A stretch of 32,000 nt of DNA from Promethearchaeota archaeon (GCA_016933055.1 JAFGBS010000004.1:120001-152000), one strand, 5' to 3'; counted from the first letter of the stretch, positions 1-9,186 are shown. The notes: a model not told the origin generated them from the letters alone. Numbers and translations are program-made.

Positions 1-160
1 TTTTCATCGGGCTTAGGAAACCAGGGGATGATAGAAACCCAATCTTTCACGATCTCTCCTAAACCCAATATGAGTATTTTATTATTCAAAAATATCACAT
101 CTTAACTTGAGTGATATTAATGTATTTCAAAAGTTAGAAAAATATATGGATAGAATTGAT

Positions 161-2266
161 CTATTTTTCAATCTGATTTACTAATCGATCCAATTCTTCA
201 TCCAAGTCTGCAATTTTAAATTGATCCACTTTCATCTCAAAAGAAGCATCTTGGGAATATTTACTTGGAGTTACAGTGCCAATCACCACTAAGTCAATCA
301 TGTAGAGATTATCAATAATTTCTTTCTCAAAATCTGGATAGTCTTGATCTTGCCTTTTCACATGGATAGTTAATGCATCTTGATGAATCAAATTCTCTGC
401 GTCTTCTCCAAAAAACGTTAAGGGTATTGTTCCAGTGTTATCTTCCAAAATAGAGGAAAGTATCATCCTATGTTCTGACTTTATGGGCCCTTCTTCACAA
501 GTACAATTCGTTTTCTCAAATGAGATATTTTTCAAACATTTTGCGCAGGCTTCATAAGTGAAAATACGATTCACCTTGGAAATATGACCTTTTACTTCAT
601 ATTTACCTTCTTTATCAATAGTAGCAATTGGTTGATAAGATCCTGAAAATTGTAAAGGTTTTGAAGATTGACTCGGTGAATAAAAATCCGATACTATATG
701 CGGCTCGGTTAAAGTAAAATCAACATTTCTTTCTAATGCTGAATAAGTTCCGAATGACGCTGTGGTAGCTCCCATTCTACTCTTTTTAATTCTAGCACGT
801 GTAACTCTAATTGATTCTCCCTCACTAAGGTCTGCAAATTCTTCAGCTTGATCTTCCCAAAATGAGAGTTGAATTGCTCCTGTATTATCACTGACATGAA
901 TAGAAAACACTTTTAGACTTTTACCCTCAGATGTTGTAATGGTCTTTAAAGGATCGGGGATTTGGGTTATCTGTCCTTCAAAAGAATACATTCCCTCTTT
1001 TTCTAATAGTTCTTCAATTGGTTTTATAGAATTAATAAACGAGGAATGATCCTTATTTTCTATAGATAATAGGGAGGATGGACGAAACACGAGTTCTGAT
1101 CGGTCTTTATCTTGATAATATGGCTGCACACTTAAATTTTCCAGCTTAATTTTATTCCCAATATCCGTATTTTCTAATTTTTCAGTATCTTTTCCCCAGA
1201 ACACAATAAAAATGGATCCTGTATGGTCTTGAAGAAGTATTCTTTGTACTTTTCCCTCCTCTCCTCCTTCGCGTGCAAATTTACGGACATCACTTTTCAT
1301 TCCTATCTCTCCAATAACTGATGCGCGATTAAATGAAGAATCAATATCTCCTATAGGAACTATTTCAAGAGGTTTAGCTTGTTTCTTAACAGACAATTTC
1401 GATCCATTTTTAAAGGTCAATTCCAGTTTTTCAGGATCATTATATTGAGGTTTCGCTATGAGGTTTTGTATTAACACAGTAGCCCCTTCTTGAACATTCT
1501 CCAAAATTTCTGTATCATTTTCCCAAAAAACTACGGGAATACTTCCCGAATCATCTTGAATAATTATTCTTTGAACATTTAAATCCTCATTAGTTGCTTT
1601 TTTTTTTACTGTACGTTTTTCAAATATTCGATCAATAACTCCCTCAACTGTAACCATATTTTTATTGATAGATGTATTAGGTGTGATCTCAGAAATTTTA
1701 ACTTTAAATTGTGAATGATCTAGGACAGGATATTCTGAAGGATCAACATCTAATGGTGAAATTTCAACATCTCCTCGTAAACCTACATGAATTTCTAAAT
1801 TTTGATCTCGATTACGTCTAATTTGTCCATTTAAAACTCGAACCAAAGAATTGATCTTAAAAGAATCATCTAGAATTCGATTTGCCCGTTCATCCCATAA
1901 TAGTACTTTTATTTGTTTTTTTGAATCATATATCCAAAACGAGCTAAATTGACCTTGTTCTCCACTTTTTCTTTTAAAGGTTCGAATATCAGAAAAATCT
2001 ACTACTCTGCCCACGACATTGATATTTTGGGTGGACTCAGATAATTGTTCAATAGTATAATCTTGTTCGCTGGATTGTTTTATTGCTTGGGAATCAACTT
2101 CAAGCCCCAACTCTTTGGTGATGACAAATAAAGCCGTTTTTGCATCAATCCACCCTTTCATTTTTTCAATAGTCTCTTTAACCTTGATATCAATTTCTTC
2201 TCGAGTTAAACCATGTTCTTCCAATTTTGTTATATATTCTTCTTCCGATGCCAAAATCCACACCAT
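161..2266 (-). CDS. rpa: Replication protein A (multi-OB-fold ssDNA-binding protein with C-terminal Zn finger)
   Basis: About five OB-fold repeats with the D-x-S/T-G-x-I-x-h-x-h-W/F signature (DSKKQIKVLLW, DDSGSIPVVFW, DHTGSIFIVFW, DNTGAIQLSFW, DNTGTIPLTFF). The last OB carries CAKC...CTC. The ORF track starts at 2320; ATG 2266 or TTG 2254 is a more plausible start. Confidence 0.9.
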   Translation of the reverse strand: MVWILASEEEYITKLEEHGLTREEIDIKVKETIEKMKGWIDAKTALFVITKELGLEVDSQAIKQSSEQDYTIEQLSESTQNINVVGRVVDFSDIRTFKRKSGEQGQFSSFWIYDSKKQIKVLLWDERANRILDDSFKINSLVRVLNGQIRRNRDQNLEIHVGLRGDVEISPLDVDPSEYPVLDHSQFKVKISEITPNTSINKNMVTVEGVIDRIFEKRTVKKKATNEDLNVQRIIIQDDSGSIPVVFWENDTEILENVQEGATVLIQNLIAKPQYNDPEKLELTFKNGSKLSVKKQAKPLEIVPIGDIDSSFNRASVIGEIGMKSDVRKFAREGGEEGKVQRILLQDHTGSIFIVFWGKDTEKLENTDIGNKIKLENLSVQPYYQDKDRSELVFRPSSLLSIENKDHSSFINSIKPIEELLEKEGMYSFEGQITQIPDPLKTITTSEGKSLKVFSIHVSDNTGAIQLSFWEDQAEEFADLSEGESIRVTRARIKKSRMGATTASFGTYSALERNVDFTLTEPHIVSDFYSPSQSSKPLQFSGSYQPIATIDKEGKYEVKGHISKVNRIFTYEACAKCLKNISFEKTNCTCEEGPIKSEHRMILSSILEDNTGTIPLTFFGEDAENLIHQDALTIHVKRQDQDYPDFEKEIIDNLYMIDLVVIGTVTPSKYSQDASFEMKVDQFKIADLDEELDRLVNQIEK

Positions 2267-2390
2267 TATGATATTATGTTGATGGAATTGAAAAGTTGAC
2301 TCATATATGTTTCTATCCAAGTCTTAATAATTGTAGGACCGTACAGAAAATCAGCGCGTAATTCCTATATCTATACGTTTCACCCATGAT

Positions 2391-3143
2391 CTAATCGATT
2401 AACTCTGAAAGTACCGTGGTTTTTAATTTTCGGATCAAATCGGGTTGCATCTCCCCATGCAAGCGATCAAATTGTTCACATACCATAGATCGAACTCCTA
2501 CGATATCAGGTTGAAGCTTATTTATACTGTTCAAATCTTTAAAATTCAGCGAACCTGCTAGTGCTATCCCTATTCCTTGACTTCTACACTTGTCAACAAA
2601 TAGGTGTAATTCGTCCATAGAGAGATGAGTGAATAAAGATTTTCCATTTTTCTGTTTAGTATCTAGCATTGCAATGCACGCTCCACTCGAAGATGTAATT
2701 TCAGGGATTATTAGGGGATCTATAGATGCTCCAATTTCTCTTTGATCTGCATATCCCACAATTACAATCTTAATCTTATGGTCATATTCATGAACCGCAT
2801 CCACAATGGATCGGCTTAAAACAATCCCCTCTTCTTTCGTCTTAGGTCCTAATAATCCAACCTTAATATAATCTACATCTAAATGAGCGACACCAAACGC
2901 TGCCATACTTGCGGTACCTGGCAGATAAGGAAAATCCCCTATTGCAACGCTAAATTCTATCGGTTTTTTACCATTCTTTCTAAATGAATTTATCCGATCT
3001 TTAACCTCATGAATTAGGGGGATTATTGGTGCTCCTAATGATCCCTCTAATGGATTCTTTAAATCCAAGATATCGGGATTTTCTCGTATAATAATATCCA
3101 CTTCTTGCAGATTTTTAGCAGATACTAATGTTTTTATTCCCAC
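2391..3143 (-). CDS. mfnB: (5-formylfuran-3-yl)methyl phosphate synthase (4-HFC-P synthase, methanofuran biosynthesis)
   Basis: Family motifs LVSAKN..E, DILDLKNPLEGSLGA, SVAIGD, DYIKVGL, MLDTKQK, ALAGSL, PDIVGVRSMVC; GTG start. Confidence 0.9.
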   Translation of the reverse strand: MGIKTLVSAKNLQEVDIIIRENPDILDLKNPLEGSLGAPIIPLIHEVKDRINSFRKNGKKPIEFSVAIGDFPYLPGTASMAAFGVAHLDVDYIKVGLLGPKTKEEGIVLSRSIVDAVHEYDHKIKIVIVGYADQREIGASIDPLIIPEITSSSGACIAMLDTKQKNGKSLFTHLSMDELHLFVDKCRSQGIGIALAGSLNFKDLNSINKLQPDIVGVRSMVCEQFDRLHGEMQPDLIRKLKTTVLSELID

Positions 3144-3207
3144 TGAAGGTCCCTATCTTGAATTTTCAATCATGAGTTTAAAATATTTTCTAACCGAACA
3201 CGGGATG

Positions 3208-3957
3208 TTAAGTTAGATTATAAAATGATTGTATTTCACTTGGTTTAATAATTCCCTTGTGGAGTGCAGTTGCTACAAGAGCACCATTGAAACCTTGTGA
3301 TTTCAATGCATTGATATCTTTCATATCCTTAACCCCTCCCCCGACGATGAAGTTGACTTTTGGATATTGTGTCCGGAGATTTTTATAATCTGATGCACTG
3401 TCTCCTTCCATTGAACCTATTTTAGCTAAATCGAGTAGAATTATTTCCATAATATCACGTTCCAGTAATTTCTCCATGATTTCTTTTATATCCATTCGTG
3501 CAATTTCCGCACTTTCTGAGATCAATTTTTGATGTTTCATATCAATACTTACAATGATGTGTTCTCTTCCTAGTTCATTAATTGTGTCATCAATTACACT
3601 AAATGAGTCTATAGTTTCCGTAGCAAGTATAATTTTAGACAAGCCTAAGCTTTTAAATTGTATAACATCATACAGATTACGAATACCTGCGTCTAACATT
3701 ATTTTTAAAGGAGAATCTTTTCCTAGCATACGCAATAAATCAAAATTAGGTTTTTCCCGGATGATCGAATCTAAATCTGCAATATAAACCTCAGCGAAAC
3801 CGAAATTATTGAAAAATGTTGTAATGAGGTCAATCGGTTGAGATGATATCGAAAATTTCATATGGATAGGGAGATATTCATTGCGAACACCTTTATTCGC
3901 GTGCACTGCTATACCATTCATTATGTCTATAACGGGAATGATTCGAAATTTATTCAT
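3208..3957 (-). CDS. HisA/HisF-related TIM-barrel protein (MJ0703-like family, C1-cofactor associated)
   Basis: IIPVIDIMNGIAVHA, YIADLDSI, LDAGI, IVSIDMK, ILLDLAKIG, IVGGGV, GALVATALH. It has the HisA-like fold with YIADLD in place of the HisA HxVDLD motif and lies next to mfnB. Confidence 0.8.
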   Translation of the reverse strand: MNKFRIIPVIDIMNGIAVHANKGVRNEYLPIHMKFSISSQPIDLITTFFNNFGFAEVYIADLDSIIREKPNFDLLRMLGKDSPLKIMLDAGIRNLYDVIQFKSLGLSKIILATETIDSFSVIDDTINELGREHIIVSIDMKHQKLISESAEIARMDIKEIMEKLLERDIMEIILLDLAKIGSMEGDSASDYKNLRTQYPKVNFIVGGGVKDMKDINALKSQGFNGALVATALHKGIIKPSEIQSFYNLT

Positions 3958-4039
3958 TTATCGAATTCCTAAATGTTGTAAAAAAGCGATCTAAATCAGT
4001 TAGTTGTTCATATTTAATAATTTTAACGCAAAGGGGGAG

Positions 4040-4047
4040 AAAAAAAA
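4040..4047 (-). terminator. Probable oligo(T) archaeal terminator of the histone gene
   Basis: T8 run on the minus strand about 50 nt downstream of the histone stop, within a pyrimidine-rich tract. Confidence 0.4.
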
Positions 4048-4093
4048 GGTTAATGTTAAATAAAAACTGATATCAAATAGCGATAAAATACGT

Positions 4094-4315
4094 TTATCCC
4101 TTGTATTTGATTGCTAGTGCCATATCATCTTTAGTGATTTTCTTTCTTTTCGCATGTTTTGCAAATTTAAGTGCTTGTTGGGTTAATTCAGTTGCAACTT
4201 CTTCCAGATTTAGAATTAACAAATCAACCGCATTGCGTGCTACAATATTTGCACCACTTTTCTTCATAAGTTTTCGAAGTGGACTCCATGCAAAAGATCT
4301 TTTCTTCTTTGCCAT
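4094..4315 (-). CDS. Archaeal histone (HMf-like fold) with short basic N-terminal extension
   Basis: Aligns without gaps to the HMfB pattern: FAWSPLRKLMKKSGA..V...A, HAKRKKITKDDM.LA. GGAGG Shine-Dalgarno at 4324-4328. Confidence 0.92.
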   Translation of the reverse strand: MAKKKRSFAWSPLRKLMKKSGANIVARNAVDLLILNLEEVATELTQQALKFAKHAKRKKITKDDMALAIKYKG

Positions 4316-4390
4316 TTTGAATTCCTCCGCAGATTGTTATACTCAAAAATTGTGTATAACAAACCACAATGAAAATACTACAACTCAAAT

Positions 4391-4407
4391 ATTTAAACTT
4401 TTTCACG
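4391..4407 (-). promoter_or_regulatory. Putative BRE-TATA promoter of the histone gene
   Basis: Minus strand reads GTGAAAAAG-TTTAAATAT (purine-rich BRE followed by a TATA box), about 75 nt upstream of the ATG. Confidence 0.55.
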
Positions 4408-4733
4408 TTTCGGTTAAAATTTGAACCGTTCTATTCAACTCGACAAAATGTATCAATAAAAACTCGTTAAAAAATTACCCACTCTTCCGGAAGAATTTGT
4501 CAACTCAAATCGAATTTTGTTAAAAATTTGAGTTAATATTCTCAATAAGGAGGAGGATTCAGATGTAAAACGACCATTACTCCGAGAAATCATACCTATC
4601 ATGATATACGCAGTAATTTAACAACACTACAAAACAATGGAATTCCCACAAATTTTTATAAAAATTAGATGAGCTGGTTATCACTTTAATACATAGCATA
4701 GATACTGTTGGAAAAAAAGAATGAAACACACAT

Positions 4734-5069
4734 TTAAGAAATCTTAAATAATGAAAACATCCGACGTTTGAATAACTCAAAACCTTCATATTGCTCTTCC
4801 GGTGTCGGTATTTTACCTCTTGGTTGAGTCATTTTACCGTATAGGGGTTCGAATGTAATTCTAACCTTCACTCCTTCAAATCGCTCAGCAAGTTTCTTTA
4901 ACTCTCGGTTAAGAAAAATCATAGTTTCTGTTTCGACATCTCCTAGGAGGTAGATATTATGGTTTATCCTTTTCCAATATTGTACAATATCGCTATCTTT
5001 TGAATCCGCTTTCCGAACATCTGCTACAGTTAAGTACCCTTCATAAATAGCTCTTCTTTTTCTACCCAT
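4734..5069 (-). CDS. Hypothetical protein (111 aa)
   Basis: ATG lies 12 nt downstream of the upstream gene's stop; protein-like composition; no family recognised. Confidence 0.65.
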   Translation of the reverse strand: MGRKRRAIYEGYLTVADVRKADSKDSDIVQYWKRINHNIYLLGDVETETMIFLNRELKKLAERFEGVKVRITFEPLYGKMTQPRGKIPTPEEQYEGFELFKRRMFSLFKIS

Positions 5070-5081
5070 CTCTGTCTCTTC

Positions 5082-6107
5082 CTATCTACGTAATGCGCGG
5101 GGATTCATCATCATTTTTTCTTCATCTGATGATATTTCCAATATGTATTGTTCATTTTTCATCACTTTACGGATGTGAATGATTTGCCTGAAGATTTCTT
5201 CTTTGAATTTTAACATCATTGTGAATAGCATTACTATACGGAAGAAATTCACGTCCTTATAATATTCCTCATCGTAGAAAAAGACATTAAATTTGCCACC
5301 AATATTGAGTTTTTTTTCATCAATTTTTGCTAAAATACGATCATCGCCTAGTAAAATTTCCCAATCCGATCCAATCGTTATTCTTTTTTCATCGAATGTA
5401 AAAATCTCCCATTTCTTTTCTTTTGTTTTTCCATCATCCCTTAAAAGGCAAAATGAAAAGATTTCCCCAATTTTTGGCAAACGCGTATGATTTTTCATAA
5501 TATTAATTACATATTTATATCGAGGTAATACGATTCGAAAACATGCAATTGTATCATCTGAACCTGTGCTGTTTGTGATAGACTCGGCAACCATCTCCTC
5601 AATAGAACCCAAAAATGCAACTGATTCCTCATTAAACCACTTTATGATCAGTCTTTTTTTTCCAATATCTTTTTCAGGAATGTCGTCCCACGTTGCAGAA
5701 TTATACCCGAATATACTATCTGCTTTCCCCCCCTCAATAACTTTTCCTACTAATTCTAAATTACGGGAAAAAAGCCGATTTTTTGCCATAAAGCGCTCTC
5801 GTTGGTAAATTCCTATCTCAGCATTATGTAAATCCGTTAACCAGAAATCTACTACACATTTTTTCTCGAATCTTTCTTTAGGATGCTCTTTTTTTGGATT
5901 TTTTGAGACTTTGGTTGTCTTTTTATCTTGCTTTGTCGTCTCCTTATTTAAGCTGATAAATTTATCAGCTATATCGTTTTCTAATTCATCGATTCCTTTT
6001 GAACTCTCCTTCTTGTGAACTCGGGTTATATGCGCATTTAGATTTTTATACCATTTTCCACAATGAGGACACTGAGTTTTTCCGTTCTTATCTGACATTT
6101 TCATCAT
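5082..6107 (-). CDS. Hypothetical protein: N-terminal C2H2-like zinc finger plus possible tubby/LURP-one/scramblase-like barrel
   Basis: CPHCGKWYKNLNAHITRVH; Lys-rich linker; beta-rich C-terminal domain ending in the hydrophobic helix NFFRIVMLFTMML. The CDS is well supported; the fold call is inference. Confidence 0.75.
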   Translation of the reverse strand: MMKMSDKNGKTQCPHCGKWYKNLNAHITRVHKKESSKGIDELENDIADKFISLNKETTKQDKKTTKVSKNPKKEHPKERFEKKCVVDFWLTDLHNAEIGIYQRERFMAKNRLFSRNLELVGKVIEGGKADSIFGYNSATWDDIPEKDIGKKRLIIKWFNEESVAFLGSIEEMVAESITNSTGSDDTIACFRIVLPRYKYVINIMKNHTRLPKIGEIFSFCLLRDDGKTKEKKWEIFTFDEKRITIGSDWEILLGDDRILAKIDEKKLNIGGKFNVFFYDEEYYKDVNFFRIVMLFTMMLKFKEEIFRQIIHIRKVMKNEQYILEISSDEEKMMMNPRALRR

Positions 6108-6181
6108 TTTATAATATGATTATAATTTACATCACAAAGATCCAAAGACCGTTAAACATCTTTCGTTTCATGGATCTTGTA

Positions 6182-6898
6182 TTATTCTATCTCGTGAGAG
6201 ACTAAGGTCCCTATTTTCGATTTTTCGAAATCCTCGGATAATAGTAATTTGAGATTATTCAGATCTATTCCATTAATGAAGCGAACTTGTATTTTACTTC
6301 TCTTTAATATCTCCCAGGATAACAGATCAAATATTTGGTATTTACCCGCTATTTTCTCTTGATTTGAACGTGATGTCAATAAAGTCTGTATTTCTGTCAC
6401 TTTAATTTTATCATATTTTTTAGCCTCTGGATATGTTTTTGGGTCTTTATTGTAAATTCCATCAACATCAGTTAACACAATTAAATTGCAATCCAAAACT
6501 TCACAAAGTTGCATCGCAACTGTCGTTGTAGATTGTTTTGGAATAAATCCACCTGCAACAAAAAGTTGATTTCGCGATCTCGCTAATCTTGCTTGATTTA
6601 TATTACTAATTGGGTCGGGATAAGTATTCTTATTTAAAACTGTAATGAGTACTTGGGCATTTATACGTGAAACCATTATGCCTAAATGATCTAGTGTAGA
6701 TTCCTTAAATCCCAATTTCCGTCCCGCATGGATATAGTAACGGGCAACCTTTCCTCCTCCGCATACCAAACCGATAATTTCTTTATGGGAGAGTACTATA
6801 TTTGCTAATTCTTGAATCAATTCTACTTTTAATTCCGTAGAATGTTGATGGAAAAATATCGATCCCCCGAATTTGATAATGTATCCCATTTGTTCCAC
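6182..6898 (-). CDS. pyrH: UMP kinase (archaeal type)
   Basis: IIKFGGS, VCGGGKVARYYI, D.LGI..SR.NA.LL, GGFIPKQSTTTVA, TDVDGIYNKDPK. The start may be 6889. Confidence 0.95.
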   Translation of the reverse strand: MEQMGYIIKFGGSIFFHQHSTELKVELIQELANIVLSHKEIIGLVCGGGKVARYYIHAGRKLGFKESTLDHLGIMVSRINAQVLITVLNKNTYPDPISNINQARLARSRNQLFVAGGFIPKQSTTTVAMQLCEVLDCNLIVLTDVDGIYNKDPKTYPEAKKYDKIKVTEIQTLLTSRSNQEKIAGKYQIFDLLSWEILKRSKIQVRFINGIDLNNLKLLLSEDFEKSKIGTLVSHEIE

Positions 6899-6955
6899 AA
6901 TAAACGAATTTGATTAAGAACATAGGGTTAAAATATATATTTTTATCCCTCGCCA

Positions 6956-7918
6956 ATGAATGATATGGAAGCTGAAACTGAAATCACAGTTCTTGTTCCT
7001 CACCGTATTTCAGGTTTTTTTCAAATAATTGAATCTGGTGGAGGACGCCCCGTGGATGACTTATCACAAATCGGATCACGGGGAGGGGGTCCATCATTAT
7101 CAATTTTTGGAAAAACCAAACTCAGTATTTTAGAATTTTTACAACCCTCAGAACCCTCTCAATGTACAATAACAATAAATGGACTAGAAGCCACTCAGAG
7201 TGCGAAAACTACCTTTTATGTATTTTCTCATTTTAGTTCCTTAATCAAACATCCTGTAAGACTTAAAATACAGCATGATTTTGAAATGCCATTAGGTGCT
7301 GGATACGGTTCTAGTGGTTGTGGAGCTATTGGGGCTGCTTTTGGATTAAATTATCTATTGAATGTAGAATTATCCTACAATCAAGCAGGAAAAATAGCTC
7401 ATATTGCAGAAGTGATGAATAAAACCGGATTAGGGACAGTTGGAGGCCAATTAACTGGAGGTCTCAGTATTACTACAACGGCGGGATATCCTTTTGAATT
7501 GGATAGAATTTTTTGTCCCCCCAATCTAAAAATTGTCTGTGCTTCCTTTGGATCTATTCCAACACAAACCATCATCGGGGATCCTGTCCAAAAACACCAT
7601 ATCAAGGAAGCAGGAGCGAAAGCCATGAACCGATTATTGAATCGACCGATTTTCAAAGAATTTATTCTGGTCTGCCAAAAGTTTGTGGAAGATATCAAAA
7701 TTTTGGGTTCTCCTGATATGGAAAATATAAAAGAATTGATGCGAGATCTGAATTCATTGGGTGTGTATGGTGCAAGTATGAATCAATTAGGAAAATCTGT
7801 TTTCTGCTTTTGTAAAACGGAAGAAATTAACAAAGTTAATGAGGTATTACAATCTTATGATCCGCCTATCGTAAAAGTTTTGGAATTATGCACAAACGGT
7901 CCCATTTTATCTCATTAA
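6956..7918 (+). CDS. pok: Pantoate kinase (GHMP kinase family)
   Basis: VPHRISGFF, PLGAGYGSSG, AHIAEV..KTGLGTV, ASMNQLGKSVF; phosphopantothenate synthetase is nearby. Confidence 0.88.
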   Translation: MNDMEAETEITVLVPHRISGFFQIIESGGGRPVDDLSQIGSRGGGPSLSIFGKTKLSILEFLQPSEPSQCTITINGLEATQSAKTTFYVFSHFSSLIKHPVRLKIQHDFEMPLGAGYGSSGCGAIGAAFGLNYLLNVELSYNQAGKIAHIAEVMNKTGLGTVGGQLTGGLSITTTAGYPFELDRIFCPPNLKIVCASFGSIPTQTIIGDPVQKHHIKEAGAKAMNRLLNRPIFKEFILVCQKFVEDIKILGSPDMENIKELMRDLNSLGVYGASMNQLGKSVFCFCKTEEINKVNEVLQSYDPPIVKVLELCTNGPILSH

Positions 7919-7920
7919 CA

Positions 7921-9186
7921 TTATAAATCCGTTCTAAATCGTAATATCGCTGCAATCCCTCCAAAAGTCGACCACAAGGTTTCTCCCTCCTCTGTTTCAC
8001 TAGAAATCATTTCCACTGAAGCTCCCGTATTCTCTGCTAATATAGCTAAATCTTCTATAATTTCTAATTCTTCTTCAATCGAATATAAACTAGATTTACA
8101 TTCTTCACATGATTCTTTACTTATAATATCTCTATAAGTCGGGAGATCCGCTTCTTTGACCGTTTTTGAGACGGTGTTTCCACATTGCTCGCATAATACT
8201 TTTACTCGGTAGGCATCCAATGCCTCTGATAGCAACAATGTTTCAACAGCAGCTCTTTCTAATGCAATTCGAACCTCCTTCTCACCATAGGTGACTAATC
8301 CTGTGTCTTTCGAGAGATTGTAGAGAAATCTTTGCATAAGATTCTTTTCTTTGACATACCGAACGTCTTCAATTTTATCTTGTATATTATATAACAGATC
8401 CCGTATTCCTTCTGCCCCTCCAACTCCAATATCTACAACATCTAAAATCTTATCTCTCAGTCTATAATCGAAATGATCTCCATCAGCGAATTTATTTTTA
8501 GTTTGTCCCGCACCACCAATAAAAATCCCTTCTAATGTTCCTTCTTCCTCTAAGGGTAAAAAAATCTCGTTAGATAATTCACCAACACGTTTAAGGAAAT
8601 AGGCAATTCCTTCATCATGTAACCTTTCAAACCGCCTTTGCGATTGACCTCCCGCTCGATGCTGACTGGAAACTCCGGAACTCGTTGTTTTAACTACTTC
8701 CATATGTGTACCTTTCACCCAACCAATTGCAGCTTCTTTATTATCAATAACTATTAGGCCATACAACTGCTTTTCTGTAAGCATATTCTCTAAAGGTTCT
8801 GTTAAAAACTCCGATGAGCAGTAATATTTAAAATTAGAAACCGGTTCAATTGGTTCTACAATGTATAATTCGTTCTTCTCAGTCCCAGGGCTATTTCCTT
8901 GTGGGATGGCACCGGAATATAAAATTAAACCGTTTGGAGGAAGCGATTTAATTGTTTTTAATTTTTGAATAAGCGCCGTTATACTATCAATTACGTTTTT
9001 ACGAGTCAGTTTTGACTTGATATTCGAACTCTCGTTTATTTCGTTTTTCAAATAATTAGATACATCTGATAATTTCCGTTCAGGCGGAATCATTAACGTG
9101 ATAAGTTCCGTATGAAAACCCTTTTTATCTCGGAGAAATTTTATCTGTTTGTTTAGTAGATATCGTTTGAAGCTGTCATCTGTCAT
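7921..9186 (-). CDS. prf1: Peptide chain release factor aRF1
   Basis: NIKS, YYCSSEF (YxCxxxF), GGQSQRRFERL, YGEKEV, FGGIAAILRF. It has a CxxC...CxxC mini-domain. The ORF track starts at 9198; MTDDSF (9186) is the likelier start. Confidence 0.97.
   Translation of the reverse strand: MTDDSFKRYLLNKQIKFLRDKKGFHTELITLMIPPERKLSDVSNYLKNEINESSNIKSKLTRKNVIDSITALIQKLKTIKSLPPNGLILYSGAIPQGNSPGTEKNELYIVEPIEPVSNFKYYCSSEFLTEPLENMLTEKQLYGLIVIDNKEAAIGWVKGTHMEVVKTTSSGVSSQHRAGGQSQRRFERLHDEGIAYFLKRVGELSNEIFLPLEEEGTLEGIFIGGAGQTKNKFADGDHFDYRLRDKILDVVDIGVGGAEGIRDLLYNIQDKIEDVRYVKEKNLMQRFLYNLSKDTGLVTYGEKEVRIALERAAVETLLLSEALDAYRVKVLCEQCGNTVSKTVKEADLPTYRDIISKESCEECKSSLYSIEEELEIIEDLAILAENTGASVEMISSETEEGETLWSTFGGIAAILRFRTDL

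Noticed and set aside
1-112. GGAAACCAGGGG resembling an ORB box, and a possible partial CDS at the window edge
   Set aside because: It is a single weak match with no cdc6/orc1 gene or repeated boxes, and the fragment is too short to assign.
2311-2385. 24-codon ORF (MGETYRYRNY...) between mfnB and rpa on the minus strand
   Set aside because: Too short, with no recognisable motif or ribosome-binding site.
4224-4789. ORFs 4224-4406 and 4577-4789 on the minus strand
   Set aside because: They overlap real genes or the histone promoter, have non-protein-like composition and lack a ribosome-binding site.
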